A stretch of 64,000 bases of DNA from Octopus sinensis (lineage: Eukaryota), in NCBI RefSeq assembly GCF_006345805.1, contig NC_043002.1, forward strand, positions 44,392,001 through 44,456,000, written 5' to 3'. The notes beneath the pieces are model-generated. The model worked only from the letters and a program-made list of their open reading frames with translations, did no database searches and was not told where the DNA came from. This document shows positions 28,348-40,367 of the stretch, piece by piece. Position 1 is the first letter of the stretch. Each line of letters starts with the position of its first letter. The position numbers and the translations under genes were made by a program.

Positions 28348-30867
28348 ACATCACCCCTAACTGAAGAAATCTAACACCACTTTTGACCCAAATCATTCAA
28401 AATTCTAGCGAGGTCCATAATGCCTACTCAAGTTTTTACCAAACTTGGTGTGCTGACTTAATACAATGCAGAAGCAGTATATTTCAAATTTCAGCTTTCA
28501 AGTTTAAGTAGTTTGGGTGTTGTAATGGATAATGAACTTGGAGAAAAAAGTCATCTCTTAATAGGCCCTACTTTAGGAAATATCCTCTTCCTCTTCTTTA
28601 TATTTCTGTGACGCTAAAAACTCTGACTATATTAGCTGTTTTTCAGAATAGTAGGCTTATCCAACTAGAGTATCTAAAATAATGTTTCATATGAGAAGTG
28701 CTTGTGTCACTCAAAGAAACAAATAATCTGGACCAAGAATCTTGCGCTATTTCAAGACTCACATAGGACAAGAAGACCTGTTCCTCTAGAAGAGCGTTCG
28801 TTTGGAAAACAAATCCAGGAAACTTCAAATTGTCGGTCGCTACCTGTTCCTTGGTGGTACCATCAAAGGAAGGAAAGAAAGAACAAAGGAAATTTCGGAA
28901 GAAGTAACTTTTTTATGGCAAAAAAATTTTAATTTACCCTATTTATCAATTCAAAACGTACAAGCAAAAGTAGAAAAAGTTCTGAATACCTACGATAAGT
29001 GTGTAAAACGAGGAAAATACGATTCATTGAAAGGAATTTTTGACATCACAAAGGAAAACTGTGAGTGGCTGTGCAATGAGGTTAGAAGATTGTATTATCT
29101 TCGAATTGAACGCAAGGGACATGTTGGGTATGGAACTGGAAAGTCGGCCAGTTCTAAAACTATCCATCCATCCAAAAGAAAAAAGTGTCCTTAATGCCAA
29201 ATTCAATCAGAGTAACGTCTGAAGCAGAGACTGAAAGTGAATATCAAGAGTCCGAAAGATCAGATGAAGAATCCACATAAACAGAGAGGAAGTATAGCAA
29301 AAGTAGAACTGTAACCAAGTTAGTAATATCGTCGAAGCTATCAATCCCAAAAGCAGCAACAGTTTGTCGACAATTATTTCAAAATGGAATCAATGTCGAG
29401 ACCCATTCCAAATCTAATATTTACAACTTGACTATTAAAGAAGCTGTTAAACTAAAAATGAAATGAAGAAAACGCTACATTTAGAAACTGGTTATTGTAT
29501 TTTTATGGTAAATATACTGATGACCAAGAATACCAAGTGCTAGTTTTAACGAATGAACAAAGAGAAGTTAAGTTAGAAGCACTCCAATTACCAAATGAAA
29601 AAGCTGATACCGTTGTGAAAGGAATAACAGCTGTTTTAGATGAGTACAATTTTTGGAACTGAGTAAAGACGATCGTTACTGATACAACGTTTGTGAACAT
29701 TGGGAAAAGAAATAGCATTGTCATTCAGTTTCAAAGCTCAAAAGGGTTTGAAAGAACCATAATTTATTGGTTAGCAGCATCATATCCTTGATAGTGTTCT
29801 TCGTGGTGTAATGGATAAAAAATCATCTCCCAATATTGAATATACATTCATCCCAGAGCTTCTAAGTAATTACGAGAAACTTCAGGCTAATTTCAATAAT
29901 GTTGCAGAAAAGATTACTGAATCAGCGGGATGGCGAGGTAACATGAAATTTCTATTTCATTGACCAGAGTTTTTCGTTTCTTATAAGAAACCGACAAATT
30001 TCCTACTGTAAAATTTCAAAACATAACCTAACTTAAGTAATACAAGATGGAATTCTCGAGCAATACTACCTATTTTGGCATTTATTCTTCTACCAGAGAA
30101 AAGAGTTTTGTTTCTCGATGTTTGTCGATTCATCTCTTATAGCTGGGTAGATTTTTGGTTTACTGATCAAATGTTCAATGCCCATGACTATCAGAAGTTA
30201 TGTGGTGGCCTGCAAGTTCATAAAAAGCATTGAACTCTGTAAAAAAACGTTTGGATTTGAGAACCATCAACAAATCAGAGTGCAGGACAGGCAATCAAGT
30301 GCCTTCAAAAATTTCTTTATGATGTTTGTAAAAAGGAGAACTTCAGCTTCAATTTATTTTATCTAACAAAATATATTAATTCTTTGGTATGTTTAAAAAA
30401 ATTTTAACATTGAGCACACTTTTTCTTGCATAGTTTTATTTTTAATTGGAATTAAAACTATAAAGTTAAAAATATGTATTGTTCATAATCTTCTACGTGA
30501 TCGAATACTACTTGTGGCCTCTTTCTTAAAATAGCCTAGTTTTGAACGTTTGTACAGAGCAATTTCAATTCAGTACTCTTAAAAATGTATAAATACACTT
30601 TTATTCCACGTCTCTTGCGGTTATAACGATTTAGACATCGGAAATACTGAAATGTGAATCTATTGGCTATTGATTATAGTTTAAAAATCCGTTAACTCCA
30701 AAACTACTTCAACTAGAAAGCTAAAATTTCAGTTATTTTATTTCTACATTGTATTGTGTCTGCACACCAAGTTTGGTAAAAAATTGAGCAGGTGTTAAGA
30801 ATCCCCCTAGAATTTTGCATGATTTATTTCAAAAGGAGTGATCGATTTCTTAAGTTGTGGGTGATGT
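28348..30867 (+). mobile_element. ~2.5-kb DNA transposon with ~180-bp imperfect TIRs and a decayed DD[E/D] transposase
   Basis: Left ACATCACCCCTAAC…TTTTACCAAACTTGGTGTGC… mirrors right …GCACACCAAGTTTGGTAAAAA…GGGTGATGT. Internal frames give YF(D/Y)GK, IVTDTT..N.GKRN, IG.QHHILD, NTRWNSRAI. Confidence 0.8.
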
Positions 30868-31111
30868 TTTTGTTTTCAAATAAAGCAATGTAAACGTTAG
30901 TTTCTTGACTTTTCTAAAATTATTCATCGAATTAGTGTATAGGATTATTAACTTGTGAAAAAGCCATAACTTAAATACACATAGTCATATATATTCATAT
31001 ATTCACGCACTTTATATACATATATATATATATACGCGTGAACACTTACATACAACATGTAATATACATACGTACATACATATATACATACATACATACA
31101 TATATATATAT

Positions 31112-31162
<51 letters not shown>

Positions 31163-31957
31163 TAAAAACGGTATGATAACAAAAGAAAGAAAGAGACCTC
31201 AATATTTTGTCCACGCAAAAGTTTTTGATCTCATTATACCTTATATTTTTTTCATATATTTTTATATTTTTACACATAATAATTTTTTCTGTACTCTTCC
31301 TTCCATCCTGCATTTTCCCCTTGTGCCTACATAGACGTGTATATGGATTTACATGTATGCGTGTGTGAATATGTACGAGTGGGCGGGTATGTATGTATAT
31401 AGATGTGTGCGTGTGTGCGGGCATAAGAATACATATATATAGACGTTTTTACTCAGTATTTTTACAATTTATCCGGTTTTATTTTTTGGGCGTATGTATA
31501 ATCCTTTTTTGTGCATGCGTGTGTGTGTATGCGTATATAAACATGTGCGGGTATGTACATATATGGGCGTGTGCGTGTGTGTGCGTGCATAAGGGTATGT
31601 CCGTATATGAACGTGGTTTACTCTTTGTATACTTCCTTATGCTTTTTTCTGTATTGTTACCCTTAACCATGTCTTTTCTTGTGCTTGTGCATATGCAGAC
31701 GTATGTATGAACTTTTACGGTGCGTGTGTATGTGTGTGAGTTTGTATATATATGCATATACATTTGGCGAAAAATGCGCGTGAACGTGTTTATGTTTTCA
31801 TAGTGATGTATACGTACGCACGTGTGTGCTTATGAGCAGGCATGCTTACGTGTCTACTATGAACCTTTAACCTTAGCGGTCATTGAATTAGCGCTTTTAT
31901 ATAAGTAGCGGACTATAACACAGTAATTTCCCTTTGTATAACGGTTTTTCTTCATAG

Positions 31958-32071
31958 CGTTTTTCAGATGGCCAGATAACCGGAGAGTTGGTGTTGTGGA
32001 TTTCCACCTCGGCATCCGAAACTCAGAGTTTTATCTTGGCTACCGAATAATTGTCACATATAATTTTACAG
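31958..32071 (+). CDS. Candidate coding exon, paralog 1
   Basis: TTTTTCTTCATAG acceptor; [37 protein letters not shown]; gapless codon-level similarity to 51270-51383. No clear donor before the TA run. Confidence 0.5.
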
Positions 32072-32278
<207 letters not shown>

Positions 32279-35200
32279 TTTTTATCTTTTATCCTTTACA
32301 GGTTTCAAACAAAGGCTGAGGCCATGCTGGTGAACCGCCTTTACTGCATAACCGGAAATTTTTCCAGTATTGCTTCTGTTGAAGCTATTCATTGTGTCTC
32401 CCGCCTCTGCTGTCTGGACGTTTTTGAAGACTTCTAGGTCTACACCTCGCCGATCGCTGATGTTCTTTGGTAGGGCGTTAAAACATTGTGATCCCTTGAA
32501 TCCCAAGTTATTACAATATTGGGTCCATATCCTCGATGGAGAAGATGGGACCTTTGGTACTGTGCACTGCCACCCAGCTCAGGGATTGTTGTAGATTTCG
32601 ATTACCAAAATTTGGAGCTAGACCTTCTTTTATCTTCTATATCTATATTACTGCATATCTCTCACATCTCTCCAGGGAATAGAGTCCCAGTTCGTTTAAC
32701 CTCTCCCAGTAGCTCATGTGTTTTACTGAGTCTATCTTCTTTGTTTAGTGGTGTTTGATTACCTCTTGTTCCGCAATTAGCTTTACGCTCTTTGGTGACC
32801 ACAATTGATATCAGAAGTCGAGACGACTGAGGACAAATGTTATCCAAAGCAGAAGCATTGTGTCTCTGTTCCTGATTCTGAAGGATCTAAGGACTCAACC
32901 TGCCACCCGCCTGCATAGCGTTGTCATATGAGCAATGTGCACGTGGAAATTTGCATCGTTGCTCATGTGGATTCCCAAGTCGCACACCCACGCTAACTCT
33001 GGGATTACATTGCCTGCTGGTCCCATACATTTCAGTTGTGGGCTGATAGCGGAGTGCTTGAAATTTTGCGGCATTGAACTGCATATCATTCTCATCTGAC
33101 TGTTTAGTTATTGCGTTCAGGCCATTCTGCAGTCTTAGGATATAAGTAGGATCCTTGAACGCCTGCAAAACTTTTGTATCGTTGGCGGAGCTGGTGAGTG
33201 TGGATGAGGATTGTTGACACCTCGGAGAGAGCACTATTTCCTGTGACTGCCTAACTTCTGCATTTCAGGAAATCATGCAGTCACTCTTCTAGTGTACCAG
33301 GGATACCGAGGTCAAGCGGTCGACTTTGGCAAAGGTCTTGGCAAAATCGAACTATATCACATCCACATTTGAGTGGTTGAGTTCTTGTTTTAGTGCCCAA
33401 TCGAAGTGCCGTAGAAGCTGAGTTAGGCAGCTCCCTCCAGGACGGAAGCCATATTGCTTGTCTGTAAGCAAGTTATTTTCTTCTAGGAACGTGGTCAGAC
33501 CTTTTCTGGCAATGCATTCCATGATCTTGGAAACATGTGGGTTCAGAGAGAGAGAGGCCTGTAGCTTATAGCGTCTTCTCTACTTCCTCCTTTGTGGACA
33601 GGGCAGATTATTTCTTCTTTTAACATTTGAGGAGATATACTGCATTCAAGGGAACTCTAGAAAAGGATTTACAGTGGTTTTTCAAGGGCTTTCTTGCATG
33701 TTTTTAACAAAATTGCTGGTAGTCCATCTGGGTCTGTTGCAGTGTTTGAGTTTATCTCGTCAATGGCGACAATATATTCTTTTCTATAATGTCAATGTAG
33801 TTGATGTTGAAGAACTCACCAGGTCTGCTTATTTCCAGTAGAGAGGTGAAACACTTAGGAATTATTTATTGTGTACCTCACTAAACTTCTTCAGGTCTGC
33901 AGTCAGTGAGCCCTTTTCATCAAACTGCGGCCCTATTCTGAATCTCACTCAGGCAGATATTTTTACGAACTTGTAGAAGGCTTTAGAGTTACATTTTATA
34001 TTTTCCAGCGCCCTGGCTTCCCTATTTACCCTTTTTTTTCATAGCAGAGTCTGATTATATTCTCTAAGAGCGCCATTTTGAGGTAGGGCTTTTTGCTGTC
34101 ATTAGGTCATTAGGCGATTCGAGATCTCTATCTTTTGTTTCATTAGGATTCTCCTATCTCGGGAAATAATGTTTTTATGTGTAGTGGTTCTCTCGTCTTG
34201 AACAAATTTAATGCACATGACTCGCATTATTGATATGAACTCATTGAATTTCATGTCAATCTTTTAAGCCAGTTTTGCTGGAGTATCACTTTGTTGATAG
34301 ACTTCCAGTCAGCCTTGTTCAGGTTGTGATCCAGCGGTGTTGTATGATTCTTTAATTAGCTTTGGACTATATATCTACAGTGTTATCATATTCTGGTCTG
34401 AGTGAATTGATGGTGATATTTTAATGTTGTGGATAACGTCAATAGTGCTTGTGAAATAGAGATCCAGGCTGTTGTTATTTCTGGTTGGGTTAAGTGTGGT
34501 CTGCTCCATGAACATCATTTTCGTGAGATCTGCTAGAGAATCTGCCCGGTTGCTTTATTTTCCTATCAGCCCTGAGGTTATGACACTTTCAAACCTTCAA
34601 ATGTTAGGGAAGTTTAAGTCACCCATCAGAAGTATATTAAGGCATTGGTCTAGGCTTGTGAGTACTTCTTTTAGCTTTCTAAGACATTCTTCAAACTTGC
34701 CATCGTAGTTTCAGGCTTTGGGTAGGCGGTATAATGTGCATATTAGCAGGTCGAATTGCTTTATATGTGCTATGAGTGTATCGCAGAGCGCATTCCAATG
34801 CGATAGCAATGTCAAATGCTGTGACATCTTCAAGGATGTACATCGCAACTCCACCTGACTTCCCTCTTTTATGCCTGTGCGCAACACAGTATACTTTGTG
34901 GTATGTGTATCTCTGAGTCGTGTATGTCTGCATATAGATGATTTCTCTGAGTGCAATACATATAGCTTGATTGCATGCAGACAGTTCTCCCAGATATGCA
35001 ATTTTGCACTCGCTGTTGTTTTGCAAAAGGCTTCTGATGTTCGTCAATAGAATTGATGTGATGGACGACTCGGCGGCAGAGGTAGCCATCCTGGGTCCAT
35101 TGCTTATGGTAGTATTATGGGTGGGTGTACATGGCTTAATTTCCTTTGAAGCTATGATAATTGCTACGTTATCGTTTGTGCAATACTAAAAATATTGCAG

Positions 35201-35388
35201 TTCAGCTGCTACAGATCGCACCGCTTTTGCGTACAGCTTTTTGGCAGTTTTTTTTGTTGGTGTGCAGACGTGTGTGGACTATTCTGGGTGTGTGTGTGTG
35301 CCTACCCTGATTTCTAGGTGGAGAGTGATAACTGCTCTGTATCCTATTTTGCCTGAGGTTTGGATGCGCAAAGCGGCAGCGTGTATGC

Positions 35389-35390
<2 letters not shown>
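32279..35390 (-). mobile_element. Degenerate CR1-like LINE with internal deletions
   Basis: EN remnants TNIRSL, LYRLP, MGDLNFP; RT remnants LDFAK.F.KVD and ANDTK (FADDTK); C-terminal GFKGSQCFNALP; GATAAAA tail repeats. Confidence 0.85.
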
Positions 35391-35423
<33 letters not shown>

Positions 35424-35427
35424 TGCC

Positions 35428-36116
35428 TACGTAAGAGAGTGCGTTACTGTCTGGGAGATTCTTACGGCAGTAGAAAAGGAAATTTTAACTCCTATTTCTA
35501 AATTTGGTATGTGGTGAAGCAATTAGCTGACCCCTAATTATAATTAAGTTTATAATTATAAAATATTTGTATAATTTTACCTATAAAGGTTATTTTAACA
35601 TACCGATCTACTTGGTAAAATTATTAGTTAATTGATTGATTAATTAATTAATTTTACCCTTTTATTATTAATTTTAAATTATAATCTACTCCCTGATCGA
35701 ATACTTTTGTTTTCTGCGGTACAACTCGTAACATACACGTGGGTACAAGGGATAAATATGTATTCACATTCACTGTGTAAATTTTGAAAGTGTTGGCTGG
35801 ATATCTTTTGCATGACGTCGCTCGATCGTGTTTGTATTTAGCCCAAGTACTTTCAAATTTTATAATGGAAATGCTATACTGATGACGAGAAGTAAATTAA
35901 ATACGTTAATCTCGAAACGCGTCTGTGGCTACTCGGAGTCGTGTTGATTCATTATTTTTCTCTTTGCATACGTAAAAGAGTGTATTACTGACTGGGAGAT
36001 TCTTACGGTAGCAGAAAAGGAATTTTCAACTCCTATTTCTAAATTCGATATGTGGTGAAGCAATCCGCTGAACCCCGCTAATTATAATTATGTTTATAAT
36101 CATAAAATATTTGTAT
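35428..36116 (+). repeat. ~145-bp direct repeats (35428-35572, 35969-36116) enclosing a hammerhead
   Basis: TACGTAA.AGAGTG..TTACTG.CTGGGAGATTCTTACGG…AAATATTTGTAT occurs twice, period 541 bp. Confidence 0.85.
35873..35929 (+). ncRNA. Minimal type I hammerhead ribozyme motif, canonical core
   Basis: GCUAUA-CUGAUGA-C-GAGA…UCUC-GAAA-C-GC-GUC-UGUGGC. Stem I has 6 bp (2 G-U), stem II 4 bp, stem III is the palindromic ACGCGU, cleavage triplet GUC. Confidence 0.8.
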
Positions 36117-36199
36117 GTCTCTATATATATATAGATATATGTGTGTGTGTACATTATATCTATATGTACATATGTATATATATATATATTATATATATA

Positions 36200-36242
<43 letters not shown>

Positions 36243-36269
36243 CTCTCTCACACACACATATGTATATAT

Positions 36270-36622
36270 ATAATCAAATCACGAATGTGTTCCTTGTGTT
36301 AATTTTTATAAAGGAGTTTTCATATCTGCTTATGTATCATTTTCCTATAGGAAGATACATTGATAAACAGGAAGATACATTAATAAACATAATTCTCAGA
36401 TAGACATAATTCTCAGAATTCTGAACATTATTGTTCGAAACAAAATATAACAAAAATATTAATGAAATATTAAGTTTCTGCAACAAAACAGATCACATCA
36501 CTAATAAAGAATAGTCGACTTTTTTTAATATAACATGATTTAGGAAATCAATTACCTATCAACGTGTGTGTGTGTGTGTATGTGTGTGTGTGTGTGAGTG
36601 TGTGTTTGTGTGTGTGTGTGTG

Positions 36623-36654
<32 letters not shown>

Positions 36655-36876
36655 ATGTGATTCGTAGAACTATATTTGAAGTTAACATTTTCCAGAATAT
36701 ATAGCAAAGTAGATATATTCGTCATCAATACAATTAGAACACTCGTTGCGTGTCTTTCGAATTTCGAATTCATATGCGTCGTAATGTCACGATTTTTTAA
36801 ATTGGAAAGTGACACTTGTAGTGCTTGAAATGTCATATGAATAAGCATGTGCGTTTGTGTTTGTTTGTATATATAC

Positions 36877-36911
<35 letters not shown>

Positions 36912-37203
36912 TGTATGTATGTATGTATTTATGTATGTATGTATGTATTGTATGTATGTATGTATGTATGTACGTATGTATGTATGTATATATGTATATA
37001 TTTATGTATATATATACATATACATATATATATATATATTATATATATATATATATGTATGTATATATACATACATACATATATATATATATACATACAC
37101 ACACACACACACATATATATATACATATACATATACATATACATACATACATACATACATACATACATAATATATATCTATCTACATATATATATATATA
37201 TAT

Positions 37204-37258
<55 letters not shown>

Positions 37259-37435
37259 TATATATAGATATATTTGTAACATAAAAGCCGAAAAAGTCAA
37301 TACTAGACAAAAGAAGCACCGTAATGCCGAAGCATTTAAATAAGATCCACCGAAAGCACATATAAATGAGTGCAATTTATAAAATAGTCAATTAAATATT
37401 TGTATTTGTTTGAAGTCTTCTACTTTTGTGTTTCT
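36270..37435 (+). repeat. Segmental duplication copy 2
   Basis: Collinear with 24088-26640 but lacks the REL LINE; a plain (TG)n tract lies at the equivalent site. Confidence 0.8.
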
Positions 37436-37542
37436 CTCTCCCTCTTTGTGTGTGTGTATGTGTGCGCGCATGTATGTGTTTATTATAAAAGCAATAAATA
37501 ATATACTCTCTTACTTCTCTAGAAATAGCTAGCCTGTTTCAG

Positions 37543-37634
37543 GTTTCGGATTATGCCAAATCTCTAGTGAAGCGTGTAAGGACCTTGAAGGAAAAGACTC
37601 CGCAATATATCATCAAGTGCAGTATGCTGGAAAG
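37543..37634 (+). CDS. Candidate coding exon (weak)
   Basis: CCTGTTTCAG acceptor; phase-1 frame FGLCQISSEACKDLEGKDSAIYHQVQYAGK; weak AAG|GTTTAA donor. A second frame is also open. Confidence 0.2.
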
Positions 37635-37949
37635 GTTTAAACCTTACTTTAACAGCAGCAGTATACGAAAGCTCTGCTTAACTAAAATGAAATAACTATA
37701 CTGGAGACTTCTCTCCATCTGGACACCAACAAAAACCCTAAAGTGAGATTTTCTTTTCTAACACTGATGAGTGTAAATTTACACTGGGATACTAGCTAAC
37801 CACGATAAGAATATAAACATTGGAGCATCCACACATTTCTTTATCCTCACCGAAATTATAGATTTTCCACAATAAAATGTGATGTATTTATAAGTACATA
37901 CAAGCACAAACATATATACATTATATTACATACATACATACATAAATAC

Positions 37950-37982
<33 letters not shown>

Positions 37983-37998
37983 TAATATATATATATCT

Positions 37999-38051
<53 letters not shown>

Positions 38052-38100
38052 GAAAAAACAAGTCAAGATAGAAGATGCTAAAATAATTTTATACAGAACA

Positions 38101-38145
38101 TTTCAGTACCGGTTTCGGTCATTTTGAGACCTTTTCAACTGTAAC
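38101..38145 (-). ncRNA. Minimal hammerhead ribozyme motif, U3:A8 variant, at a PLE 3' end
   Basis: CAG-UUGAAAA-GGUC-UCAAAAU-GACC-GAAA-C-CG-GUA-CUG, downstream of the GIY-YIG fragment on the same strand. Confidence 0.75.
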
Positions 38146-38482
38146 GATTAAATAATTAAATTTAGAAAAATTAAAAGAAAAGCTTTTTTAAAGGAATATT
38201 TGTATAGTGTTCAAATATAAGTGGCATTCTGCCTTTCTCTGTCTCCCTTGTTTGCACTTGTGTGTTCGAGGTCGTTGTGAATTCTTGGTAGGGTAGAAGA
38301 AGGTTGATGAGGAGAGGGGGTGGAAAATTTGGGAGTGCCTTGTTTGTCGTATTTTGAATGGTCAGTGACGGCTAGCAGTTGCAGTTCAATTCAGGAGAAT
38401 ATTTCTATTGAAAGGTTTATTTATGGAATTTGCGTAGGTGTTATACTAAAAAGCATTAGCGATAAAGCTAAGAAGTAGGTGG

Positions 38483-38627
38483 AGCAGAAGAAGAAGAAGA
38501 AGAAGAAGAAGAAGAAGAAGAAGAAGATGAAGAAGATGAAGAAGAAGAAGAAGAAAAAGAAGATGAAGAAGAAGAAGATGACGATGTTGATGATAATGAA
38601 GAAGAAGAAGGAGAAGGAGAAGAAGAA

Positions 38628-38666
<39 letters not shown>

Positions 38667-38700
38667 GAAGAAGAGGAAGAAGAAGAAAAAAGAGAAGGGA
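38483..38700 (+). repeat. (GAA)n/(GAT)n trinucleotide microsatellite
   Basis: Direct reading; it produces the spurious poly-K and poly-L ORFs. Confidence 0.95.
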
Positions 38701-39246
38701 GAATATGAATGAGTGGAAGTAGTGAGGTGTCGTATGACTTGAAGTTGGCATGTTATGGATTATAGCTGTGATTGGGGCTGATTTGTAATGGATTCTTTGG
38801 TATGTAATATTTGCGTGTGTATTTCTATTATTCTAAAGCTGAGGTATATTAATCGTTTGTCGTAGACCCGTTAAGAAGTGGCCTGTATTTTGTAATAAAG
38901 AGTTTCTTTACTTATTCGTTGTCTCGAGGTTGTATCGCCCCTAAATTGGTAGAGGGGGAAAATCCTGAAGCCTGGTTTTTGTTTGTTTGGCGCAAGTATC
39001 TATGGTTGGCTGAAAGCTATTTTTCTGTTTTGGGGAATTTTTATCTGGGATCTGTGCAGGGCCATTCTTTTACGCAAACTATTTTTTGTTTGGCCTATGT
39101 ACTGCTCTTGACACCCAGAGCAGGTTAGTGTGTATATCAGTTCTCGAAGCACATGTGAAGTTGTTTCACTGTAAACCGTTGTCCCTGTTTGAAGAACTCT
39201 GATCCCTCAATTAGATAATCGCATATCCCGCAATTGGTCTTCCTAA

Positions 39247-39328
<82 letters not shown>

Positions 39329-39372
39329 TATATATATACTATATATATATATACATAATATACATATATATA

Positions 39373-40312
39373 CTTTGATACTTTGATACTTTGATAGGTT
39401 TCGGCCATTATTGGCCCAGGCCATGTCTAACTTAATAGCACCACCTGGTGAAGTCTTTCAAGTCAGAATTTGGGCACTATAGCCCACTCAAGTAGAGAGT
39501 TATTGTTTACAGAGACATATCCGGGTGTAGGGGGTTTATCCGGATTTCTTGAAGGAATCTGTCTGTCCAAGACTTCTTGAACCCTATAGGGTCAGTTTCT
39601 GTTTTAATGTGTTTTGGTGTAATGTTAAAGAGAGCGGGGCCAATTGAGGTGTGTGAATATTGTGCCGTATTGTTGTTATGAGATGAGAGTGCGACTTTGT
39701 TTTGGGCGGATGGCACGGGGCATAAGCCTTGGATGTACCTTAAAGGTGATGCCAACATCATTTGGGCAATGCTGATGGAATATTTTCCACATCATGCAGA
39801 TGATGTAACGCTCCCGACAACGTTGGAGAAAATAAAGTTTTAGCTTTTCTAGTCGACCCAATAGTCGAGGCCTGTCATGCCATCTATCTTTTTGTGATTG
39901 CCCTTTGAGGTTGCTTCAACTTTTATGATACTTTGTATTGTGTGGGGAGACCACAGGGACAACAGTATTCAAGTGGGGTCGCGGCAAAAGTGGAGAAGAG
40001 AAGGATAATGGTGTGGATATCTCTCGACTGGAAAGTTCTGAGAATCCAGGAACACATTCTGCGGGCCATGTCAACTTTGGGTTTATATGAGTGGCCAGCT
40101 TATGTTGTTGTCCACAATTACTCCCAAGTCTCTGATGTGTTGGACGCCGCGAGAGTTTCACCTGAAGGAAGGGAGTATGGAAGTTTCAGGGCATCCTCTT
40201 TTCCAAAGTGGATTATTAACTCAAATTTATCCTCGTTCAGCAGCATATTGTTTTTTTTCTGCCCTTGGATAACAGCCAGTAGATCTGACTGAAGGCATGT
40301 CCGGTCACGTCG
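39373..40312 (-). mobile_element. CR1-like LINE 3' fragment (same family as 17490-20965)
   Basis: RLEKLKLYFLQRCRERYIICMMWKIFHQHCPND; shared 3' UTR GGTGGTGCTATTAAGTTAGACATGGCC; (TATCAAAG)3 tail. Confidence 0.9.
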
Positions 40313-40323
40313 CCTCATTTATG

Positions 40324-40364
<41 letters not shown>

Positions 40365-40367
<3 letters not shown>

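Larger units (their letters stand above)
38101..39245 (-). mobile_element. Penelope-like element 3' part (GIY-YIG endonuclease + UTR + hammerhead)
   Basis: CGICDYLIEGSEFFKQGQRF…LIYTLTCSGCQEQYIGQTKNSLRKRMALHR…FITKYRPLLN at about 38865-39243. Confidence 0.9.

Noticed and set aside
37764-37800. CTGATGA followed by a GTGTAAATTTACAC palindrome as a hammerhead
   Set aside because: No GAAA after the stem and no complementary stem I strand.
38446-38751. Poly-Lys and poly-Leu/His ORFs
   Set aside because: Artefacts of the (GAA)n/(GAT)n array inside a PLE 3' region.
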